Below are positions 48,104 to 55,968 of a stretch of DNA of 64,000 bases, in pieces. The notes below the pieces were generated by a model. The model was not told where the DNA came from, did not search any database, and saw only the letters and a list, made by a program, of their open reading frames with translations. The stretch is from a virus (taxonomy: Duplodnaviria; Caudoviricetes). Position numbers and translations under genes: made by a program. How positions within the stretch are numbered: the first letter of the stretch is position 1; every line of letters begins with the position of its first letter. The stretch is from positions 9,473 through 73,472 of the IMG/VR virus record IMGVR_UViG_3300037423_000960. One strand, given 5' to 3'.

Positions 48104-49060
48104 TTAAGCGACGAGCGCCGCGTTCTTGATGCCGCGGACGCGAACTGCTGCGGAACCGTTGAAGATGCCGAAGCCCGAGTACCACTCGACGCGAGTGCGG
48201 AAGAGCGGGAGCTCCTGCAACTCGCCGAGATCACGAACATCCATTCCGCCGTTCTGGATGCCGCTGACGCCGTCGACGCCCATGCTGAGGACGTACACCG
48301 ACGTGCTGGTGTTCGTGCCGCCGCCCGGACTCGCTTCGTTGAACGCGAGAGGATCGGGGTTGACATTGTCACCGTAGGTCGTCAGCAGCGGCAGACCCGC
48401 GTAAGCCGTGACCGGGCGACCGAAGTCATCCTTCTCCAGGGTGATGGAACCGGCGATGTCCTTGTTGTTCCGGGCATTCTTGAACTTGCGCCGGAGAGTG
48501 CGGCTCATAAGGATATGAGTCGCGTTGGCGACCCGATCGATCGCCTCGTCGAGAAGCTCGAGCGAGAGTGCGTCGCCGCCAGCGGTATTCGAGCCAGCGG
48601 GACCATTCGCACCGGCGTCCATCAGGTTGTAGCCCGTCAGGCGAACCTGGAGGCCGTCGAACTCACGCGGCTGGAGCGTGGTGTCACCCTTGATGAACTT
48701 GGCGGTCCAGGCTTGCGACAGCGCCTTGATCTTCATGTTCTCGTGGGTGGAGCGGACCTGATTGCCCATCGTCTGAATGATAAAGCGGTCCACGTCCAGA
48801 TCGCCACCAGCGATGTAGAGCGTCTCGGTCGCCGGGTTGATGACGCCGACACTCTCCGGATACCCCTCGTTCACGCCGCGGAAGGCGACTCCCGGAAGCT
48901 GCTCCTCGCGATTGTAGGCGAGGGCATTGCCCTGGATGTTCTGGAACGGAAGGACACGGAGGATTTCGGACGTGCGAGCAAACTGTTCGATGACGCCAGC
49001 GCGGACGAGATTACGAGTCTCGAGCTTCGCGGCCTCCACGAGAGTCATGGGCATGGTCAA
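48104..49060 (-). CDS. Major capsid protein (HK97 fold)
   Basis: SEILRVLPFQNIQGNALAYNREEQLPGVAFRGVNEGY, REFDGL and RTRVEWY; strongly host-like codons. Confidence 0.9.
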   Translation of the reverse strand: MTMPMTLVEAAKLETRNLVRAGVIEQFARTSEILRVLPFQNIQGNALAYNREEQLPGVAFRGVNEGYPESVGVINPATETLYIAGGDLDVDRFIIQTMGNQVRSTHENMKIKALSQAWTAKFIKGDTTLQPREFDGLQVRLTGYNLMDAGANGPAGSNTAGGDALSLELLDEAIDRVANATHILMSRTLRRKFKNARNNKDIAGSITLEKDDFGRPVTAYAGLPLLTTYGDNVNPDPLAFNEASPGGGTNTSTSVYVLSMGVDGVSGIQNGGMDVRDLGELQELPLFRTRVEWYSGFGIFNGSAAVRVRGIKNAALVA

Positions 49061-49335
49061 TATCCTCGTCTTTGCTGCGGCTCGGCCGCGGAGGTGGAGC
49101 TCCGTAGGGCTCTACTCACACGTCGATACAAAAGATCTGAGGCCTTGGCAAGCCCCCGCCGCAAAAAACTTTTGGGACTAGCCTAGGAAGCCCTCAGACC
49201 CGCGCTTGAGCGCAGGCGCGCTGCCTTGGCTGTGGCGGGGCGCTGGCTGGCGCGGCGTGTTCTGAGAGCGGTTGCAGAGGGTCAAGACCAGCACTATGAG
49301 AAGTAGGGTGTAGAGTGCGGGAAGCACTCGGCCCA

Positions 49336-49587
49336 CTACGGCTCTGCTCGGTTACGGCGCTCTCGGCGCATGGTGTCCGGTACTAGCTCACCGTCTCGGA
49401 GGAGAAGCCGTGGAGGACGCCGCACTTCGGTCACAGTGACCTCGCGTTTCTCGCAGTGGAGCGTCTCTCCAGGCCTCAGAGTCTTCAGCTTCTTACGTCG
49501 GCCCTCTCGGGTGAGATACGTGATCTGGAGATCACGGTTCCCGTCACGAGGATTTGTAATGTGGAACCCCTCACTGGACACGACCAA
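49336..49587 (-). CDS. Small basic hypothetical protein between scaffold and MCP
   Basis: 83 aa, Arg-rich; TTG start with AGAAGG upstream. Confidence 0.4.
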   Translation of the reverse strand: MVVSSEGFHITNPRDGNRDLQITYLTREGRRKKLKTLRPGETLHCEKREVTVTEVRRPPRLLLRDGELVPDTMRRERRNRAEP

Positions 49588-49638
49588 CGCCTTCTAGGAG
49601 GAGCCGCCCGACGAGGAGCTAGGCGGCTCCCGCAGTCG

Positions 49639-50427
49639 TCACCTACCGTTCATGCCGTGTTCGCGGCCGAAATTCATCTTCTCCTCCGGTGACATGTTGG
49701 CGAGCTGAGCCGGCGTGAGAGATCCAGCGCCTCCATTTCCGCCACCAGCGCCTCCGCCCTGCGCCTGCTTGAAGAAGAACGGCGAGGATTCCTGGAGCTT
49801 CGTGAGCCACTCCAGCGGTTTCATCGGAGTAGCACCGTCGCTGCCATAGACGACGTTTCCGTCGTTGTCCTTCGGGACGAGCTTTCCGTCCTCTACTGAG
49901 AAGACGTCGTACGCCTCGCGGAGAATGTGAGTCGTGGCCTCCGGCAGAGCGCCCGACTTCGGGTTGTTGATGGCCGTCATGACCTCGCGGTCGACGATGG
50001 AGCGATTGAGATTCTTCTTCAGAGTCTCGTTGTCGGACTTGAGAGCGACATTCTCGGTCTTGAGGCCGTTGAGCTGTCCCTCGAAGGTGCGCTTCATCTC
50101 GCCCGTCTTGGCCTCCACGGCCTGAGCGAGAGAAGTATCCTTAACGAGCTTACCGTCAGCGACCTGCTGGTGCGTGTCGCGCAACTCACTGTACTGACTG
50201 ACGAAGTCGTCAATCTTCTCGACGTCCAGACCGACGTCCGTTGTCAGGCGGCCAACGATGCTCGTGAGGTTGTCGCGCTCGCGACTGATCTTGAGATTGT
50301 TCTCGCGAAAATCGTCCAGCTCCTTCTTGGGAACCACGTTCGCGACGAACTTGCCGTCCTTCTCGACTGCGATGGATTTGAGCGCCTCCGGAACTTGATC
50401 CGCGGCTTCGTAAATGAGTTCAGGCAT
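49639..50427 (-). CDS. Capsid scaffolding protein
   Basis: Coiled-coil; ends PFFFKQAQGGGAGG...MSPEEKMNFG; start at ATG 50427 with AGGAG. Confidence 0.8.
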   Translation of the reverse strand: MPELIYEAADQVPEALKSIAVEKDGKFVANVVPKKELDDFRENNLKISRERDNLTSIVGRLTTDVGLDVEKIDDFVSQYSELRDTHQQVADGKLVKDTSLAQAVEAKTGEMKRTFEGQLNGLKTENVALKSDNETLKKNLNRSIVDREVMTAINNPKSGALPEATTHILREAYDVFSVEDGKLVPKDNDGNVVYGSDGATPMKPLEWLTKLQESSPFFFKQAQGGGAGGGNGGAGSLTPAQLANMSPEEKMNFGREHGMNGR

Positions 50428-50492
50428 TTTCAGTCTCCTAGCAAGGTCGACCCCGCCGACCAAGATCACGAACCCCGCCCGTGACGGATCTC

Positions 50493-50522
50493 TCTATAGC
50501 AGGGTGACGCGCGGCATGACAA
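50493..50522 (-). promoter_or_regulatory. Sigma70-like promoter
   Basis: CTTGTCA-N18-TATAGA upstream of the scaffold gene. Confidence 0.55.
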
Positions 50523-50527
50523 GCGCT

Positions 50528-50947
50528 TTATTTGCGCGCGTTTACGTGAGCCACGAAGCGCTGAAGATGCAGCACAGCCTCCTCCTCGAGACAGGCCAGC
50601 ATGTAATCACGCTCGGACAGCTTCTCTCCACGCGCTACTGCGAGCGACCTAGAGGAGTCGCTCATCCAATCCGCCAACCACTCGTGAAACTTGTCGTGAT
50701 CAGCGTTCATCTGCCTGAGTGTGGGATATCCCATCCACTCGGCCAGTGCGCGCTGGTGATCGTAGAACATTGGCTCTAGCTCGCTCACAGGAAAGAACCA
50801 CCGTCCTCCACCCTCGACGTCAGTGACTCCAGCGGTCCAGACATCCTCAGCGTCTAGAGTCAGAGTGAGAACCCTGAACTGCATCCCAGGCCAGTCCGGA
50901 TGCGAGACCCTCTGTCCGTGGGAGAGAGGAAGCCTTACCGAGCGCAC
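50528..50947 (-). CDS. Hypothetical protein
   Basis: 139-aa ORF coupled to upstream stop. Confidence 0.5.
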   Translation of the reverse strand: MRSVRLPLSHGQRVSHPDWPGMQFRVLTLTLDAEDVWTAGVTDVEGGGRWFFPVSELEPMFYDHQRALAEWMGYPTLRQMNADHDKFHEWLADWMSDSSRSLAVARGEKLSERDYMLACLEEEAVLHLQRFVAHVNARK

Positions 50948-51456
50948 TAGCTATCGTCACCAGGATCCGGAGTCTTGTCTAGAAGTACGACCTTGTCGAC
51001 CATGTCGCTCGGAAGATTCACGTCATCGGCTATGATGCGCCCGTCGTGTCCTGAGAGATCGGCCTTCTTCGGGAAGTTCGGATCCGCCGGACCAGAGCTG
51101 AACATGATCTTCGCCTTGGTGAGAATCCAGTCTCCCAGGACGTCGAGCAGAAGGACCGCGGTCCAACCCACGCCGAGACCTACGAAGGCAGAAGTGCTGA
51201 CGCTGAACTTACGATCCCAGATGAGGACGCCTGCGACGAGCATCGCCACTAGGGTAAGCGGAAGCGTTTCGTTCCACTTCTGTGGGCGATTCGTCGCTCG
51301 ATATTCCTTGTTTACGAATACCCATCTCGCCAGCGCTACGCCCAGGAGACCTACGAATAAAGAGATCATTCCGCTCGGCACTCCCTGTCCGGCCGCGACT
51401 ACTCCTGAGGAAGCCGCGACTGCGTGATAGTCGAGATTGGTGCGAGCGGTGACCAT
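50947..51456 (-). CDS. Membrane protein (3 predicted TM segments), holin-like
   Basis: ISLFVGLLGVALARWVFV, LPLTLVAMLVAGVLIW and AFVGLGVGWTAVLLL. Confidence 0.65.
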   Translation of the reverse strand: MVTARTNLDYHAVAASSGVVAAGQGVPSGMISLFVGLLGVALARWVFVNKEYRATNRPQKWNETLPLTLVAMLVAGVLIWDRKFSVSTSAFVGLGVGWTAVLLLDVLGDWILTKAKIMFSSGPADPNFPKKADLSGHDGRIIADDVNLPSDMVDKVVLLDKTPDPGDDS

Positions 51457-51461
51457 CTAGG

Positions 51462-51962
51462 TCACCCGTAGTACGTGATCGCTGCTGCGATTAGAAGAAC
51501 CGCCATCCCGATCTTGAGAGGGCGCTTGAGCTGTTCCTTGGTCGGCCACAGATGAATCGGCGGTGGTCTCTTCTCTAACTGGAAGTGCATCATCGGCATA
51601 CCGAGATAACCAGCGAGCCACGCGAGACTCCACGGGATGAACGAGAACATGTCGAGCCAGTGATCTACCTCGAAGGCCATGAATCTCGCCTGCGGCGAGA
51701 GTGTGCGCCACAACGCGAAGCGGAAGATGTCCGGCCCCACTCTGAGAAGGACACTGATCCCCACGAGCAGAAGAATCACCCTCAGTACCGTGACGGGATG
51801 CTTGATGCCGAAGGGTCTCTCGTACGCACCCCACGCGATGCGCCAGAACCACTCCAGTGTCAGCAGGGTGATCATCAGTAGCGAGAACAGCGTCATCATA
51901 TAGACTAGCGGCTGACCCTCGAAACCGGGCGGAACGTCTGTGACATAGTTCGCAAGCATCAT
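51462..51962 (-). CDS. Membrane protein (about 4 TM segments, 166 aa)
   Basis: True start MMLANY overlaps the portal stop (ATGA); hydrophobic segments. Confidence 0.65.
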   Translation of the reverse strand: MMLANYVTDVPPGFEGQPLVYMMTLFSLLMITLLTLEWFWRIAWGAYERPFGIKHPVTVLRVILLLVGISVLLRVGPDIFRFALWRTLSPQARFMAFEVDHWLDMFSFIPWSLAWLAGYLGMPMMHFQLEKRPPPIHLWPTKEQLKRPLKIGMAVLLIAAAITYYG

Positions 51963-53590
51963 CCCTCCGGCGGAGCGTTGCGTGGAGTCGGTGGCGCGTT
52001 GGCGGGCGACGGCTTCGGCTGCGGCCTCACTCCCGGCTGACTTCCGGCGGGACCGGTGTCCAGACCTCCCGAGGCTGGCGCGGCGGGAGGCTCGTACTGC
52101 TGATCCTTCTGTCCCATGAGCTTCTTGAAGTCCTCGAGCGTGTACTCGATCGGGATGACGCCGACCTCGCGAAGCGCGTAGTACATCACGTCCTCGGGGA
52201 TGTGACCACGCTCGCGCAGAGCCTGGAGTGCTCTCAGCTCGCGACCTGTGAGCTCGGAGCTGACGAACTCCTTGTTGAACTCCACGAGGACGCCGTGATC
52301 CTCTAGATCCGGCACCAGCCCCATGATGTCGCCCATGTACGCGACAGCGGTGGACATGGCGTAGTCGGCGGTGAGCGCGACGTCCATCAGCGTGGCCTCG
52401 TCGCCCGTCTCCATGAGCTGCCACGCCTCGGAGCTGAGCGCTGCTGCGCGACGCGTGGAGCTGATCAGACGCCCGCCCAGCGACTGCATCTGAAGCTGCT
52501 TGGAGTCCACCGCATTCTCGAGGAAGGTGAGCCCGTGACCTGTGAACTCCAACAACCAAGCCTTGGAGTTCTCCTCAAGCTCCCAGACGTTGCTCGGACC
52601 AACCGTGAGAGGACTCGGATCCGACAATCCGTTGGGAAGACCCGGCTCACCTCCTCCAGGACCGGAGGTGACGTAAGTCGGCATCCCCGCGTAGAATCGT
52701 CCGTGCTCCAGGTGCGCGGTGCTCTGGTAGTGCGAGATATTGATGGTGGCGATGTCCTCCAGCGGCGCGGGACCGATCTGATAGGACGTGTTCGTCGCGT
52801 TCACGAATACGAACGGAATGTAGTCGAGCTGCCTTCCGCCGCGAACCGAGATCGGCACCTGCCTGATCATTGGCTTGTCGGGATTAGCGTCGGTGATCGA
52901 GGGGCGAATCTCCGTCTGCGAGTAGACGAGCTTACCGTTCACCTCGTCCAGCCGGAGAACTCTAACCAGGAGCTGAGTCTCGGAGGCGTACTCCGTCGTC
53001 ATCTGCTCCTGCTCGAGCAACACAACGCGATCGACGATCTCCCGATCCTGCCACTCCCGAGTGCGCCACGAGAAGACGTTCTCTGCGAGATAACCGGCGA
53101 GATACGGCGACTGCCAGTTGGAACCCTTGAAGTCCGCCAACACACCGAATCGTCCTGTGAGGAGTACCTCGTGAACGAGGGTCCGGCAGAACTCTGCGAA
53201 GGGCTTGGCGTCCTGCGTGATGCGCCCGAGCTTGATCTTGCTCTTCATCGCGTCTGGGAGAGTGATCTCGACAGGCTTGCGGAAGATCGAGCCCATGAGT
53301 CCGCGATGGGTGCGCCGCACGGCGTTGTAGAAGTAGGCTCTCCGACGATAGACGTCGTACTCGTCGGCCTTGTGAGCGGCTAGCTTTGGGAGGTAGGTCT
53401 CTCTCCCGGCCTTGATGGTAGCCTCGCCGTCGTAGCAGTCCCGGATGGTGGACCACATGTCGAATTTGTTGTAGTAGTCGGCGCTTACCGGAATCTCAAT
53501 GCCGGGAAGAGCGAGCGAGTATGGGATGTGGGGCCTCGGCGTACCGATCCTCTGTGTACGAGCGTAGGCGGAGGTCGCTGGATCTGGCAC
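51959..53590 (-). CDS. Portal protein (DUF4055 / SPP1-like)
   Basis: RDCYDGEATIK...YLP, YRRRAYFYNAVRRT, IPFVFVN and PLEDIATINISHYQSTAHLEHG. Confidence 0.9.
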   Translation of the reverse strand: MPDPATSAYARTQRIGTPRPHIPYSLALPGIEIPVSADYYNKFDMWSTIRDCYDGEATIKAGRETYLPKLAAHKADEYDVYRRRAYFYNAVRRTHRGLMGSIFRKPVEITLPDAMKSKIKLGRITQDAKPFAEFCRTLVHEVLLTGRFGVLADFKGSNWQSPYLAGYLAENVFSWRTREWQDREIVDRVVLLEQEQMTTEYASETQLLVRVLRLDEVNGKLVYSQTEIRPSITDANPDKPMIRQVPISVRGGRQLDYIPFVFVNATNTSYQIGPAPLEDIATINISHYQSTAHLEHGRFYAGMPTYVTSGPGGGEPGLPNGLSDPSPLTVGPSNVWELEENSKAWLLEFTGHGLTFLENAVDSKQLQMQSLGGRLISSTRRAAALSSEAWQLMETGDEATLMDVALTADYAMSTAVAYMGDIMGLVPDLEDHGVLVEFNKEFVSSELTGRELRALQALRERGHIPEDVMYYALREVGVIPIEYTLEDFKKLMGQKDQQYEPPAAPASGGLDTGPAGSQPGVRPQPKPSPANAPPTPRNAPPEG

Positions 53591-53677
53591 GTGGGAGGAT
53601 TCCTGCCGAGTGTATATGTTCGGAGGTGGAGTAGCACGGATGTGGGCGGAGGGACAAGTGACTACTGCGCGGCGGTG

Positions 53678-54253
53678 CTAGGATCCCCAACGATCTGCCA
53701 TCGCCTCTGCGATGCCTGGAAAGAAGCGTGAGCGAATCTTCCAGCGGTCGATAGATTCTGGGGTTGGGTCGCGACCGAGCTCGTCGCGATTGACGTAGGG
53801 TGGAGGGATGTAGCGGGTGTGACGGAGAGGGTTCAGGTTCTTGAGGCGCAGAGTGAATGTCTTGGCGTAGGGCTCGCCGAACTGCCAGGGATGAATCGTC
53901 TGATGATGAGGGATGTTCGTGAATCGTCGTATGACTCCGGGCGGATTCTCTATGCAGATGCGCTGGATGGGAGCGTTCCAGAGGGCGAGGAAGAATTGGA
54001 TGGCGTCGCGGGTCTTGGCGATGCGGGTCGGGTCCTTGAGACGACGATGGTATCCGGCCGAGCAGAGATAGGTGCACGGCGGATGGGCGATCATGAGATC
54101 CCAGGAGTCGTTGAGATGGTTGAGGACGTCGTTCTGGATGTGGGGTCCGGGAGACTCCGTCGGTGACAGGTCACAGCTCCAGGCGTCGTGGCCTCTGGAG
54201 AGGAAGGCGTCGCGAACTATGCCGGAGAACTCACAAGCTACGAGGATTCGCAT
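53678..54253 (-). CDS. Short phage DNA cytosine-methyltransferase-like protein (191 aa)
   Basis: MRILVACEFSG, WSCDL, DLMIAHPPCTYL, ICIENP, QFGEP and RSRFFPGIAEAMA; start at ATG 54253. Confidence 0.7.
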   Translation of the reverse strand: MRILVACEFSGIVRDAFLSRGHDAWSCDLSPTESPGPHIQNDVLNHLNDSWDLMIAHPPCTYLCSAGYHRRLKDPTRIAKTRDAIQFFLALWNAPIQRICIENPPGVIRRFTNIPHHQTIHPWQFGEPYAKTFTLRLKNLNPLRHTRYIPPPYVNRDELGRDPTPESIDRWKIRSRFFPGIAEAMADRWGS

Positions 54254-54363
54254 CCGACAGCGGTAGCACGGCGAGAAGAGACTGACAATATATTTCGAAT
54301 TTTCGAGTCGAGAATTTAAGATTGCGCTCACTGAGGCCCGCGTGGGTGGGCGGGCGTATATGG

Positions 54364-54387
54364 GGCCAAGGTACCATAGCGCCTTGG
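54364..54387 (+). repeat. Left boundary direct repeat and hairpin
   Basis: GGCCAAGGTACCA-TAG-CGCCTTGG; can fold GGCCAAGG/CCTTGGCC. Confidence 0.75.
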
Positions 54388-54426
54388 CCGTAGCCGCCCG
54401 CAAACGCCTGCTAGGGCGCAAAGCAA

Positions 54427-54455
54427 TGCCGCCCGCTACCATGTAGCGGGCGGCA
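54427..54455 (-). terminator. Terminator-like hairpin ending the island operon
   Basis: TGCCGCCCGCTAC-CAT-GTAGCGGGCGGCA (13-bp stem), followed by TTGCTTT on minus strand. Confidence 0.6.
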
Positions 54456-54478
54456 CGTTGGCATGGCTTGGCGCGCGT

Positions 54479-54712
54479 TTAGCGGGCGCGCGGCCAATGC
54501 GGCGCAACGCCGTTAGCAATGCGCGCCCATTGCCGCGCCAAGTAAGCGGCGCGCAGCTTTGGGCTATAATTGGCAAGCTGCGCGGCCATGCTGCGCGCTT
54601 GGCCGTAGCGGCGCGGCGCATAGGGCGCGGGCGCATAGTGCCAAAGGGCGGCGCGCATGTAACTGGCTTGGCGCGGCATGGCGGCGGGTTGGGCTTGGGT
54701 TGGCGTAAACAT
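54479..54712 (-). CDS. Island ORF2: 77-aa basic protein with no Asp or Glu
   Basis: Shares the leader CCTAACGCAAAGG with ORF1 (54723-54735 vs 55313-55325). Confidence 0.55.
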   Translation of the reverse strand: MFTPTQAQPAAMPRQASYMRAALWHYAPAPYAPRRYGQARSMAAQLANYSPKLRAAYLARQWARIANGVAPHWPRAR

Positions 54713-54744
54713 AGGTTTGTTACCTTTGCGTTAGGTGGCGGGTT

Positions 54745-54773
54745 GGCGCGGCGGCAACCATTGCCGCCGCGCC
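54745..54773. other. 13-bp hairpin between the two island ORFs
   Basis: GGCGCGGCGGCAA-CCA-TTGCCGCCGCGCC. Confidence 0.65.
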
Positions 54774-54780
54774 CGTTAGG

Positions 54781-55302
54781 CTAGGCTAGCGCCTTGCTAG
54801 CTAGGCCATGCTGTGGGCGGCAAAGCCCGTTAACGTAACCTTGCGCCCATTTGGCCGCTGTTGCGCTGTTAGGCGTTACGTGCACGCCTAGCGCCTTGGT
54901 TGCGCCCATTGCGGCCATAAGCTGCGGGTTGCCAAGTATGGCGGCAACAATGGCCGCGCCCGTTGCGCTAGTGCCGCCGTTGGCTGCGTTGGCAAGCGCA
55001 ACGGCTGTTAAACCCATAGCCGTTGCTTGGCCGTTGCGCCCAATGCCGCCCGCTACGCCAACAGCCGCCTTGCCTAGCGCCGTTAGCGTAAAGGTAGCGT
55101 TGGCAAAGCTAGGCGTTAGGCTGTTAACAGCCGCGCCGTAGCGCTTGGCGCTAGCTGGCGCATTGCCAAGCTTTGCCGCAACCGCTGGCGCGGCGGCAAT
55201 GCCCGCGCGCCCAATAATAGCGGCGGCGCGCAGCATGGGCGCCACCTTTACGGGCGCGGCATTGTTGGCGGTGTTGGCGGTGTTGTTGTTGTTACGTGCC
55301 AT
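54781..55302 (-). CDS. Island ORF1: 173-aa Ala/Gly/Asn-rich basic protein with no Asp or Glu
   Basis: ATG preceded by AAAGGC instead of the AGGAG used elsewhere; longest ORF in the island. Confidence 0.75.
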   Translation of the reverse strand: MARNNNNTANTANNAAPVKVAPMLRAAAIIGRAGIAAAPAVAAKLGNAPASAKRYGAAVNSLTPSFANATFTLTALGKAAVGVAGGIGRNGQATAMGLTAVALANAANGGTSATGAAIVAAILGNPQLMAAMGATKALGVHVTPNSATAAKWAQGYVNGLCRPQHGLASKALA

Positions 55303-55463
55303 GTTGTGTTTGCCTTTGCGTTAGGCCGCTTGGCGGCATTGCCAGCGGCGGCATTACATATGCGCGCAGCATGGCAACATGGCAACATGGCATTTGCGCC
55401 AGGCGCGCCCGCCAAGGCGCTTTTGCGCCAAACTGAGTGTTTTACGCGCCAAGGCGTTACAGA

Positions 55464-55484
55464 GGCCAAGGTACCACGCCTTGG
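55464..55484 (+). repeat. Right boundary direct repeat and hairpin
   Basis: GGCCAAGGTACCA-CGCCTTGG, exactly 1,100 nt from the left copy. Confidence 0.75.
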
Positions 55485-55627
55485 AGCAGGAGTGTGGAGC
55501 GACACGACCAGATCTTCGTCAAGATCCTGATCGGCGCTACGTTTGTAGCGTGATCTTCGTCCAGATCCAGATCGTGATCCAGATCCCTTATCAGATCCAT
55601 CCCGTCAAACGACGACGTCCGGCGACC

Positions 55628-55909
55628 TCACTGCCGAGGAGGAACGGGGAACTCTGCGATCTCGCTGAGCCGACGAACCTGACGACATTCCATGACGTTC
55701 GGCATCTCGCGCGTGAGCAGCGTGGCGTTGTCGTCTCCGCAGCCGTAGGCAACCCAACGCACGTCGCGATCCTGCGCGACGACCTGAGCGTCGGCGAGCT
55801 CGCTGTTGAGCGGAGCGGGCTGGAGCTGTGAGCCCATGAGGAAGCCAGCCGACAGAGCGACGACGGCGACGAGGCCCAGAAGGCCGGTGCTGTGACGAGT
55901 GACGCGCAT
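55628..55909 (-). CDS. Early gene, exported protein (93 aa)
   Basis: Start MRVTRHSTGLLGLVAVVALSAGF with AAGGAG RBS; signal or TM segment. Confidence 0.6.
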   Translation of the reverse strand: MRVTRHSTGLLGLVAVVALSAGFLMGSQLQPAPLNSELADAQVVAQDRDVRWVAYGCGDDNATLLTREMPNVMECRQVRRLSEIAEFPVPPRQ

Positions 55910-55939
55910 TGCAGATCTCCTTTGCTTGCCTGCAAATGT

Positions 55940-55968
55940 AGTATTCAGTCGTGGCCCTCGCCCGCCAA
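55940..55968 (-). promoter_or_regulatory. Early promoter P1
   Basis: TTGGCG-N17-AATACT. Confidence 0.65.

Larger units (their letters stand above)
54335..55434. other. GA/TC-dinucleotide-free island (1,100 nt)
   Basis: Line-by-line reading found no GA and no TC between GA at 54333-34 and GA at 55435-36. Confidence 0.95.

Noticed and set aside
47635-48372. 245-aa ORF in the track
   Set aside because: The upstream part overlaps the MCP; the real start is at 48078 with a strong RBS.
51462-52559. 365-aa ORF in the track
   Set aside because: The N-terminal part overlaps the portal out of frame; the real gene starts at the ATGA overlap at 51962.
52535-53383. 282-aa plus-strand ORF and similar long antisense ORFs (49927-50484, 20898-21638, 59358-60062, 61468-62064, 48515-49186)
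   Set aside because: They are antisense shadows of genes with strong C/G third-position bias and have no RBS or motifs.
53678-54442. 254-aa extended methyltransferase ORF reaching into the island
   Set aside because: Family homology begins at MRILVACE (54253); the extension is probably untranslated.
54565-54570. Perfect TATAAT on the plus strand inside the island
   Set aside because: No -35 element at 16-18 nt spacing and no supported plus-strand gene downstream.
54335-55434. Island as a CRISPR array, simple tandem repeat or low-complexity artefact
   Set aside because: There is no periodic repeat-spacer structure; all four bases and the other dinucleotides are used, and it holds coherent ORFs and hairpins.
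54436-55530. Other ORFs in the island (54436-54636, 54458-54784, 54851-55141, 55248-55505, 55306-55530)
   Set aside because: Banning GA removes TGA stops, so long open frames arise by chance; they lack the shared CCTAACGCAAAGG leader.
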